Source of the DNA: Bacteroidia bacterium | GTDB lineage: Bacteria; Bacteroidota; Bacteroidia; UKL13-3 | DNA length: 64,000 nucleotides | Assembly: GCA_014376805.1 (NCBI GenBank) | Contig: JACMQU010000028.1 | Coordinates: 471 to 64,470, forward strand | Reading direction: 5' to 3' | In this document: positions 31,108 through 39,573 of the stretch, one piece after another | How the letters are laid out: each line of letters opens with the position of its first letter | Numbering within the stretch: the first letter of the stretch is position 1 | The notes under the pieces: model-generated | Told to the model about the DNA's origin: nothing | The model's database searches: none | What the model saw: the letters and a program-made list of their open reading frames with translations, nothing else | Made by a program: the position numbers and the translations under genes

Positions 31108-31935
31108 TTAAGGATGGATTAGCCCGCGTAGCGAAACACAAGCAGCGGCTGTATGTTTCTCATCTGAAATTAAACCCAAGGAATACTTGGTTATTGTATC
31201 AAAGTAGACCAAATGGTCAATCCATTCTACTGTTAATTCATCTTTAAATTTGAATGCCTTCGAAAAATATTGAATAGCGTCGTAGTTTTCCCCACAATAA
31301 TGGTTCGCTACGCCCATTATCAAGCAAAACATTGCTGACGAATCAATGGCTTTAGAAGTCCTATTATTCACCGCTTCTACAAGCTCAATTGCGCGCCCTT
31401 CATCCATGAGCAAAAATCCAGCCTTTTCAATAATTTCTCTCAATGATTTGTCATCATGGATATTCAAATGTTTATCTATAACCAAGTTATTACCTGATTC
31501 CAGCAAGGAAGACCTTAAATATATCTTTTCATTAAGTTGACGAATAAACTGGCATTTATCGAGGACGGCTTTGTACATTTCTCCAATGCTATCAGAATTT
31601 AGTTGTTCTTCTAGCTTTAAGGAATGCGTGGCCTGTTCATTCCATGCCGACTCCTTTGCATTCAGCTCCTAATAAAAATAGTGAACGGATTTGTAAAAAT
31701 TCATCGAATGGCTCAATGTAATAAATATAGAAAGCGGGCAATCCAGTGTTTAGCAAATTTTGAATATTGGAAGTGTCGATTTGAATGCTGTATGATCCTT
31801 GCAAATTTGCTTTCTTTACGGAACTAAATTTCAGTTGAATTACAAAACGAAATCCTGAACTTTTGCGCTGATAGTTAATCCAAACAAATCAATACCTTTA
31901 TCCCGGTAGTTTTCATCTCTGAGTTGAATATTCAT
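31108..31935 (-). pseudogene. Decayed gene: frame-broken N-terminal fragments (tentatively DUF4365/restriction-endonuclease-like) + intact 156-aa helical C-terminal ORF
   Basis: Minus-strand fragments in different frames: MNIQLRDENYRDKGIDLFGLTISAKVQDFVL*, then ..SYSIQIDTSNIQNLLNTGLPAFYIYYIEPFDEFLQIRSLF.., then ELNAKESAWNEQ..MYKAVLDKC.. (track ORF 31108..31578). The DUF4365 resemblance (D.GIDL.., hydrophobic P..(l/v)(v/y)..) is from memory and weak. Confidence 0.35.
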
Positions 31936-32071
31936 AATATTTAAAAGCGGTAGTAGAGGCTCCATAGATCATTTTATTATTGCCCTACTTCCAACATCTT
32001 TGGCACTATAGTAGATTCATTCGTTCTATGTTTTACAGGGCTACTAAATGGCCTATGTTAAAAAATTAGTT

Positions 32072-34099
32072 TTATGATTTAACGTTATTCTCACGGATGC
32101 CATTTTTCCTGGTGTAAAAATCAAGTTGGTTAAATAATGATTCGCCAAATTTTATGGACAATTCGTTGATTTCAATATTTGTCAAGCCTTTATGCAATAG
32201 ACGTTCTTCAAACAACTGGACTCTTTGTTTACCATTAGGCTCTACGAATTCATCGATGTATACTTTGTAGTAGATGTCTGTAAATTCAATTGTGAATTGC
32301 TGACTTATAGAAACTGGTTTAAGTCCCTCCTTTTTAAACTTGAGGTATGTAAAGGTAATTTCAAATCGCGCTTCATCCTTGAATGTTGCTTTTTTGCTTT
32401 TACTATCGTCGATCAACATTCTTAAGATTTCGACGGCACTTTCATTCGTAAATTTTACTTGGGCTATTCCGCTCACTAAGTAAACCTCATGTCGTTTCTC
32501 TTTAAAAAAGTGATTGAACTTCTGCCCGACAGGTACTATCTTTTTTAAAGCATTGCCAAGCCATGAACTGAGTGCTTTAATTAGATAATTTTGATTGAAC
32601 TCTTCCTTTCTTGTTTTATCTGGATCAATTCTGTGAAGTTCTTTTTCAAGCAACTTTAATTTGGCATCCAAAGAAAGTCGCTTTTGCGAATCTGGCATGT
32701 CTCCTTTGTCTCCTTCATGTCCTGTTTGGATATTTGTCGCTTCTTTAATGTCCCCTTTGTCTCCTATATGTCCCCTTAACGTATAAGTGGTCCCCTTTCC
32801 AGTACTGCCAGTCTTGACAAGCAAATCCTTCTCCAATAATTCAGCTAAATCCCTTGATGAAGTTCGCCTAATGGCCCCGGTAATACGCTGATACTCCTGA
32901 TTAGAGATACTTCCAGATTTCTTCATATGCAAAATGCCTTTTATCTGGCGCTCGTTCACGCCCTTTTTGGATAAATACTCCGCGGCATAAATATCTTTAG
33001 CAAATGTAACGAGCATTCCTTCATTATGTTCTTCGAAAAAAGGTTCGGGCAAACCTGCCTTAATACAATCTCTTACCATTTGAACGGTACCATACCCCCA
33101 CCTTTCAACAAGGCCTGCATTATAGAAAATTTCAGCTATCAGCTTGTTCCTCGGTTGAGAGGTGTGGCTCTTCTTAAGATGAGCTACGGTAAGGCCTTGC
33201 GGTAAAACTCCCGGATTCCAGAACGTCAACTTATCAGGTTAGACTTTAATTTGAATATGAGAACCTGAATACTCTTTATGTGCAATTGCATTTACCAAAG
33301 CTTCCCGCAAGGCTGTTATGGGGTATTCAAGATTTTCGGTACGATAAAGACCTGTGATTTTTAATTCAGAAACCAAATACTTAGTCGATAAGATTTCAAG
33401 AATTCTTTCTGCCTGATTAAATAAGTTTCCCTTTACTTCCTCAGAACTCTGTAACTCTTCACTCTCACTAAACTTTCCAATTTGAATAAAGCTGCCAGGA
33501 TAAAAGTACTGGGGAGTGTTTCCAAAAAGTAAAATTGCTGCACGTGTTAATTTGCCCTTTTCGATTAAATGTAATTTTGCTAAAAGACCAGAGGTTGTTC
33601 TTTCTTGAACCGATGGTTTTGACTTTGCTTTCGCTAACCCCCTAAACTTACTAACAGATTTATTGCTAATATCATTCAGGGTGGCGCCATCTACAGTTAA
33701 TGATTCTCATGCAATTCCACTCTTCGCCAATAAAAACCGATGAAGCTCCGCTCCATTAACTTCATGTGTAGTACTTCCAGAACCTATGTAACATTTCCCT
33801 TTGTAGGAGATATGGGCTTCGTAAGGCTTAACTCTAATACTTAAGTACTCTTTTGTAGCTTTTTTCTTTATCTGGACTTCTGCCAATACATTCAGATGCT
33901 CCTTAATTTTATTGGAGACATCCTCAAGTAGCTTCTTTATATCAGCCAACTTTTTTGATTTTCCATTGTCATCAATACCAATCTGAAGTTCACCCCCTCT
34001 AGTATTTGCAAACGCACAAATAGTCTTAAGGTATTCGTCACGCCATGATTCTTTAAATTCGACATTGTGTGTTTCAAATGCAGTCATTTTTAACCTCAA
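32072..34099 (-). pseudogene. AlbA_2 (Schlafen-type) + HATPase_c_4 + wHTH 'RecG-like' ATP-binding regulator with extra C-terminal domain, inactivated by two in-frame nonsense codons
   Basis: One continuous 676-codon frame, which I translated throughout. It is interrupted only by a TGA at 33707-33709 (..LAKSGIA*ESLTVDGATL..) and a TAA at 33239-33241 (..GSHIQIKV*PDKLTFWNPG..). Motifs: HNVEFKESW..ICAFANTRGGELQIGIDDNG; REALVNAIAHKEY; RNKLIAEIFYNAGLVERWGYG; wHTH ..SNQEYQRITGAIRRTSSRDLAELLEKDLLVKTG. Confidence 0.75.
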
Positions 34100-34156
34100 A
34101 AGTTTATTTTCAAATATATGAATGAATGAATAGAATATGACAATGCCTTAAATGAC

Positions 34157-34201
34157 AAAACGCTCTAAAATCCTTGCGCAGCAAGGATTTTAGAGCGTTT
34201 T
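34157..34201 (-). terminator. 21-bp perfect hairpin immediately 3' of the tmRNA
   Basis: AAAACGCTCTAAAATCCTTGC-GCA-GCAAGGATTTTAGAGCGTTTT. It begins 1-2 nt after the tmRNA discriminator base. Confidence 0.6.
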
Positions 34202-34202
34202 G

Positions 34203-34568
34203 TGGTGCTGGAGAGATTCGAACTCTCGTCCGGAAGTGCAATGGTCATGCTTTCTTCACGTTTAGCGCAACATTGTGTTCGAACTTAGCAGGCTGTTACG
34301 CTTACCAACTAAATCTATATCCCTTTGTATACTGTTCACATGCCAGTGGCAAACATGTTACAGACCCTATCTGATGACGGTTCTAATGAAAATGCGATAA
34401 GATAAGCACTCCCGAACCGAAAGCTTACCTAATCGTCCTGATTAAGCAGCCATTGCGAATGAAGTTTCGCCAACTATAGTTTTGGAAATTGATATTCAAG
34501 TGCCAACTGTCCAAAGCACTACATGCTTACATGCCAATCAATCACCCCGTCAATACCGGTCAGCCCCA
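34203..34568 (-). ncRNA. ssrA: tmRNA (SsrA), with an atypical acceptor stem
   Basis: The reverse complement starts GGGGCTGACCGGTATTGACGGGG and ends GGACGAGAGTTCGAATCTCTCCAGCACCA. T-arm GAGAG/TTCGAAT/CTCTC. Tag ORF GGC GAA ACT TCA TTC GCA ATG GCT GCT TAA = GETSFAMAA* at 34442..34471. 366 nt. Confidence 0.85.
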
Positions 34569-34590
34569 TGAAATGAAAGAACTATTTTAC

Positions 34591-34598
34591 AAATATAG
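34591..34598 (-). promoter_or_regulatory. Candidate Bacteroidota -7 element (TATATTTG) for ssrA
   Basis: The minus strand reads ..CTATATTTGTAAAATAGTTCTTTCATTTCAT|GGGGCTG, which matches TAnnTTTG 22 nt upstream of the mature 5' end. No well-spaced -33 TTTG lies before the IS end. Confidence 0.3.
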
Positions 34599-34633
34599 TG
34601 GAAATTTATTAAGCTATGAAAATAGAAAATAAA

Positions 34634-36187
34634 CCCAAAAGTCGCAAACTAATATAGCTTAACAAAATTTAATTGATAGAACTCAATAAAATTGGTTTTG
34701 AGGTGGTTTTATCTCGATTTAAATAGTCATAATTCACACCTCCCCCTTTCCCCCAATTGGGCGGTAAGAAGTTTTTAGCAAATCTGCAGGCTAAATTTTA
34801 AGGATGGAATAATTTTCAGAGCAAAAAACTTTTAAGATGGTTTGTCTTGCGTGTGTAACAAAAGTTGTAGCCACTGTGATATAATGAAAGCATACGGCTT
34901 TGGTTCGCATCGAAAATGTTATTGCTTTTGTTTTATTTTTAATCAATATGGTTTTAGTCCATTCGAACAAAGTAGCACACATTGCCATAAGGTACATGTA
35001 TACTGTGTTGGTATCCATATCTGGAAAGGGCAGGTGATTGAAGTTAAAATCATTTAACAGATAACGGTTTGAATTTTCAGCATCCCCTCTTGCATTATAA
35101 AACTCAATAACGCTTTGTTCACTCATCTGCTCATTGTTTGTTATGATACCCTGATAGATATAGGCCGATCCGGTTAATAAGTCTATTTGTCCATCTTTTC
35201 TTTTGTGACGAGTAACAACAATACGATGTGCTTTTTTGCAATTTTTAGGTTGATAAAAGATGGTTGCTACTTCTTTTACTTCATGGTTGATCCTAATAGT
35301 TTTCCATACTTTTATTTCAGAACATGCCTGCCGTATATCTTCAAAATCCATCATGCGGATATAAAAATATTTTACCCAGTTTTCCATTGCATTTATAACA
35401 TCAATTTGATACGATGCTGAATCCGCCCTGAAGTGTTCAATTACAAGGTTGTGCTTATTCAAATTGTTGAAGCATCTTTCCAAAGTCTGAAATTGCTCAA
35501 AGCGGGCTGGGGTATTGCCGTTGTGATTTTCTATATGAACGGGTATACGACCAATAAATGCAATATTTGGATGATAACCTTTTACCATTTTATAACTAAG
35601 TTTTGCATCTTGTTTTTCAGTCGGAACAACCACATTGTCAAAATCCAAAACGTAGCCTACTTCTCCTACATTTAGTTGCTTTGTTTTTATTCCAAGACCA
35701 ATGAGTGCTTCATTAAATTTGTTGTTGTAATTTAGTTCATGTTCAACTCCATTTGGACCTTTTTTAACTATGTTACATTGCTTGAGTTCCTGGCAAACAT
35801 ATTCAACTGTATCAGGGGATGGAATTTTATGAAAAACCTGATCCGCAAATTTTTCTTTTAGCAATTCTAAGTCGGAGATAAAACTACCTTGAACAAGTGT
35901 GTTTCCAAACAAGGAAAGCAGCACATCAGAGTAGCTATATTTAGCCATGACACTTCTGTATCCTATTTTTTGATCAATGAATTTATCAATACCAGAGCGG
36001 CTTAGAGCGTCATAGATGAAATTTAATCCACCAAAAGGTGTGATATTTTTGTTGCTTAGTGTAACTTTGTCCATTAGAGATATTAGAGACCTCTAATTTC
36101 ACCTTTTTGGTGCAAAGAAAAAAGCCCTTAAGTATTGATTTATCAACAACTTAGGGGCTCTTTGTTAATTAACTTGCGACTTTTGGG
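34634..36187 (-). mobile_element. IS1380-family insertion sequence (about 1554 bp) with terminal inverted repeats
   Basis: IRL is CCCAAAAGTCGCAAACTAAT (34634-34653). The reverse complement of IRR is CCCAAAAGTCGCAAGTTAAT (36168-36187). That is 18/20 identical, enclosing a single transposase ORF. I see no flanking direct repeat. Confidence 0.8.
34791..36074 (-). CDS. IS1380-family DDE transposase
   Basis: 427 aa. The N-terminal ..ITPFGGLNFIYDAL.., YVLDFDNV, HFRADSA and IEFYNARGDAENSNRYLLNDFNFNHLPF..NTVYMYLMAMCATLF pattern is as I remember for IS1380/IS4-superfamily transposases. Confidence 0.8.
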   Translation of the reverse strand: MDKVTLSNKNITPFGGLNFIYDALSRSGIDKFIDQKIGYRSVMAKYSYSDVLLSLFGNTLVQGSFISDLELLKEKFADQVFHKIPSPDTVEYVCQELKQCNIVKKGPNGVEHELNYNNKFNEALIGLGIKTKQLNVGEVGYVLDFDNVVVPTEKQDAKLSYKMVKGYHPNIAFIGRIPVHIENHNGNTPARFEQFQTLERCFNNLNKHNLVIEHFRADSASYQIDVINAMENWVKYFYIRMMDFEDIRQACSEIKVWKTIRINHEVKEVATIFYQPKNCKKAHRIVVTRHKRKDGQIDLLTGSAYIYQGIITNNEQMSEQSVIEFYNARGDAENSNRYLLNDFNFNHLPFPDMDTNTVYMYLMAMCATLFEWTKTILIKNKTKAITFSMRTKAVCFHYITVATTFVTHARQTILKVFCSENYSILKI

Positions 36188-36210
36188 GTGGTATTTAAAT
36201 TTTCAGTCAT

Positions 36211-36241
36211 TTTGCATAATGCTTAAAAAACTTTAGGTTTG
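36211..36241 (+). promoter_or_regulatory. Candidate Bacteroidota promoter (TTTG-N19-TAGGTTTG) for the E1 dehydrogenase gene
   Basis: TTTG at 36211-36214 and TAGGTTTG at 36234-36241, 19 nt apart. The -7 element ends 19 nt before the ATG at 36261. It lies between the IS right end and the gene. Confidence 0.35.
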
Positions 36242-36260
36242 GAAAGTAAAGTTATAAAGC

Positions 36261-38657
36261 ATGACAGACGCTGGTAATACCCAAACCGATATTAAATTTA
36301 AAGCCATGATCCTGGAGGATTACCGGGTTGCTTTTCAAAGCAGGATAACCAGCTTGTTAGGAAGAAAGGAAGTTTTAACAGGCAAGGCAAAGTTCGGGAT
36401 TTTTGGGGATGGCAAAGAACTTCCCCAAATAGCCATGGCCAAGGCTTTTAAAAAAGGCGATTTCAGAAGCGGGTATTACAGGGATCAGACATTTATGATG
36501 GCGGCAGGTTTACTTACAGTGCAGGAGTTCTTTGCGCAGTTATATGCCCAAACCAATGTAGAAGCAGAACCTGCCAGTGCTGGGCGCATGATGAATGGTC
36601 ATTACGGCACCCGCACCCTTGATGAAAAGGGTGAATGGAAAGAACTAAAAAACCTCAAAAATTCCTCATCAGATATTTCTCCTACAGCGGGGCAAATGTT
36701 AAGACTTGTTGGTTTGGCACATGCTTCTAAATATTACAGGGAGAATGCAAAACTTATTGGTGAAAATAAATTTTCTGACGAAGGCAATGAGGTTGCCTGG
36801 GGAACTATTGGAAATGCAAGTACCAGTGAAGGACATTTTTTTGAAGCTATTAATGCAGGCGGGGTGTTGCAGATTCCTATGGTAGTTTCCGTTTGGGACG
36901 ATGCTTATGGCATCTCGGTTCACGCAAAATACCAAACAACAAAAGAAAGTATCTCCGAAATATTAAAGGGCTTCCAACGTGATGAAAAGGGTGAAGGATA
37001 CGAAATTTTTGCAGTAAAAGGCTGGGATTATCCCGGTTTATGCAAAACGTATGAAGAAGCCGGGAAAATTGCCAGAGAGAAACACATTCCATGCCTAGTA
37101 CATGTAACTGAATTAACTCAACCTCAAGGACATTCCACATCAGGCTCGCATGAACGCTATAAGAGCAAAGACAGGCTAAGCTGGGAAATAGAATACGATT
37201 GTTTAAGACGCTTTAAAGACTGGATCATCAGTAACAATATTGCAGATGAAAAAGAGCTCGAAACCTTGGAAAATGAATCTAAAATCCAGGTAAATGTTTC
37301 AAAGAAAAATGCCTGGGAAGCTTATCTTAACCCGATCAAAAATGAATTGCAACAATTGGTGCAAGTGCTTGAACCTATTGCTGCTGCAAGTGCTTTTGGT
37401 TCAGCCATAGAAACTGTTAAAAATGAATTGTTAACCATTGCTGAACCCAACCGCAAAGATATTAGCATTGCTGCTAATAAAGTATTGCGTTTAATTTATG
37501 CTGAACCAACCCAACTTCGTCAATCCCTTCTCGATTGGAAAAAGGAATTTCTGAACCAGAATGCAGAAAGATATAACAGTTATTTGTTTAGCCAGTCGGA
37601 TGAGAATGCATTAAAAGTTGCTGAGGTAAAACCCGAATATTCGGATGCCAGTAAAATGGTTGATGGCCGTGAAGTACTTGTAGCTTACTTTGATAAACTA
37701 CTCGAAAATGATCCGCGAGTTTTTGCATTTGGTGAAGACCTGGGCAAAATTGGTGATGTGAACCAGGGCTTTGCAGGCCTGCAGGAAAAGTATGGTGAAA
37801 GCCGTGTGTTTGATACAGGCATTCGGGAGCTTACCATTATAGGCCAAGGCATTGGGGCTGCTATGCGCGGTTTACGCCCAATTGCCGAAATACAGTATCT
37901 AGATTATTTATTGTATGGCTTACAACCTTTGAGCGATGATCTTGCAACTTTGCAGTACCGCACCAAAGGCGGACAAAAAGCGCCACTCATTGTGCGTACA
38001 CGTGGACACAGGCTTGAAGGGATCTGGCACTCTGGATCTCCCATAGGTATGATATTAAACTCGTTGCGCGGTATGCATGTGCTTATGCCACGCAACATGA
38101 CACAGGCCGCAGGCATGTATCAGACCTTAATAAAAAGTGATGAACCAGCCTTGCTCGTTGAATGCTTGAATGGGTACAGGCTTAAAGAAAAAATGCCTGA
38201 TAACGTAGGCGAATATACCGTGCCTTTGGGCATACCTGAAATACTAGCTACAGGCACTGATTTAACACTTGTAACTTATGGTTCAAGCGTAAGAATTGCA
38301 CAAGATGCAATAACACTTTTAAAAGAAAACGGAATCAGTATAGAGTTGATTGATGTACAAACATTATTGCCCTTTGATATCCATCATTCCATTGTTGAAT
38401 CACTAAAGAAAACAAATAAACTTGTAGTGCTTGATGAAGATGTACCGGGTGGGGCAAGCGCATTTATATTGCAGCAAATTTTAGAACATCAAAATGGCTA
38501 TGTATACCTTGATGAAAAACCGTTAACCATAACCGCAAAAGCACACAGGCCACCTTACGGCACCGATGGTGATTATTTTAGCAAACCTAATGCAGAAGAG
38601 ATTTATGACATGTTGTTTGAGATGATGAAGGGATATGACCCGAAGCGATTTACGTGA
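36261..38657 (+). CDS. Fused alpha/beta E1 component of a 2-oxoacid (branched-chain-type) dehydrogenase
   Basis: 798 aa. N-terminal TPP-binding E1-alpha-like half (..GNASTSEGHFFEAINAGGVLQIP..). C-terminal transketolase-like E1-beta half (FDTGIRELTIIGQGIGAAMRGLRPIAEIQYLDY.., LTLVTYGSSV). Confidence 0.9.
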   Translation: MTDAGNTQTDIKFKAMILEDYRVAFQSRITSLLGRKEVLTGKAKFGIFGDGKELPQIAMAKAFKKGDFRSGYYRDQTFMMAAGLLTVQEFFAQLYAQTNVEAEPASAGRMMNGHYGTRTLDEKGEWKELKNLKNSSSDISPTAGQMLRLVGLAHASKYYRENAKLIGENKFSDEGNEVAWGTIGNASTSEGHFFEAINAGGVLQIPMVVSVWDDAYGISVHAKYQTTKESISEILKGFQRDEKGEGYEIFAVKGWDYPGLCKTYEEAGKIAREKHIPCLVHVTELTQPQGHSTSGSHERYKSKDRLSWEIEYDCLRRFKDWIISNNIADEKELETLENESKIQVNVSKKNAWEAYLNPIKNELQQLVQVLEPIAAASAFGSAIETVKNELLTIAEPNRKDISIAANKVLRLIYAEPTQLRQSLLDWKKEFLNQNAERYNSYLFSQSDENALKVAEVKPEYSDASKMVDGREVLVAYFDKLLENDPRVFAFGEDLGKIGDVNQGFAGLQEKYGESRVFDTGIRELTIIGQGIGAAMRGLRPIAEIQYLDYLLYGLQPLSDDLATLQYRTKGGQKAPLIVRTRGHRLEGIWHSGSPIGMILNSLRGMHVLMPRNMTQAAGMYQTLIKSDEPALLVECLNGYRLKEKMPDNVGEYTVPLGIPEILATGTDLTLVTYGSSVRIAQDAITLLKENGISIELIDVQTLLPFDIHHSIVESLKKTNKLVVLDEDVPGGASAFILQQILEHQNGYVYLDEKPLTITAKAHRPPYGTDGDYFSKPNAEEIYDMLFEMMKGYDPKRFT

Positions 38658-39573
38658 TTTGAGGGGGTGCTTAAGAGGTCGAGTTATGGAAACTATTTCA
38701 AAGAAAGAATAGAATAGTAAATTATAATTTTACTTTCCTTTTTTCACTAATCGCAAAGTATTAAACAAGGCCCTTTTAAGGTACAAAAACAATTAAGCAA
38801 CAGACAATAATTTGAATTAAAAAACGATTTAACAACAGTGACAACTGAGCATCGACAAGCAGACCTTTTTGTATATAAGTACGCGTACACTTACATGCAG
38901 GCGTAGCTTAAATTGCTTGTACAATTCATTAGCTAAGGCCATGCTTATATAAACGGGTGCTTTGCTTTTATAATTATTTGTACATGGCTCTTCACTTTTG
39001 TCAGGTGTTGTAGAACTCATAAATATCAACTTTTCTTATTTCAAGTTCAGGAACGTTTAATTTTTATATTTTTTTGGCGGTAGATACTTAGTAAAAGTAA
39101 GCCGATATTGATAACGGCTACATCTATTTGATTTGATTTGCATCCTGCAATATTCAGATGGGATAAGTATTAATATCACGTTGCGTAAGTTTTTGGCCAG
39201 TTTCCGGCTCCCTAAAGCGGTCTGGTTTACATAATAACTATGGGGTTTAATTGTTAAGCAAATTAAATATACTTTTCGGGTATTTGTGCTAAAACAAAAA
39301 ATGGATTAGGGAAAGTACAATACAACTTTATCTAAAATTATTTTCCATGCATGTAATACCCGCAAACAAGCAATAGGTTCAACAAAAATTTCAATAAGAC
39401 TTACTTTTATTGAATTGGATGAAAACATTTTCAATATCAGTTACTATAATTTTTTGTTTGTATTTTTAAAGTTTGGAGTGATTCTGTATTTCTCATCACT
39501 ATGCTTCCTGTTTATCAATCAAACAACCTGAACAATTTTTTATAAATTTCCTGTAGTTTATTTACACCTGCAG

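Noticed and set aside
32072-34099. Possibility that the in-frame TGA/TAA/TAG codons in several genes reflect an alternative genetic code or programmed readthrough.
   Set aside because: All three stop codons terminate the well-conserved housekeeping genes in this window at the expected positions. The affected genes also carry frameshifts or truncations. Ordinary pseudogenisation is the simpler explanation.
34174-34374. 66-aa + strand ORF (MRSKDFRAFCGAGEIRTLV..).
   Set aside because: It lies antisense across the tmRNA tRNA-like domain and its terminator hairpin. The tmRNA explains the sequence.
38829-39029. 66-aa Cys-rich-tailed ORF (..SMLSCHCC) in the 916-bp spacer after the E1 gene, considered as a possible RiPP precursor or small protein.
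   Set aside because: There are no adjacent modification or transport genes and no recognisable leader or core motif. Its composition is similar to the surrounding non-coding DNA.
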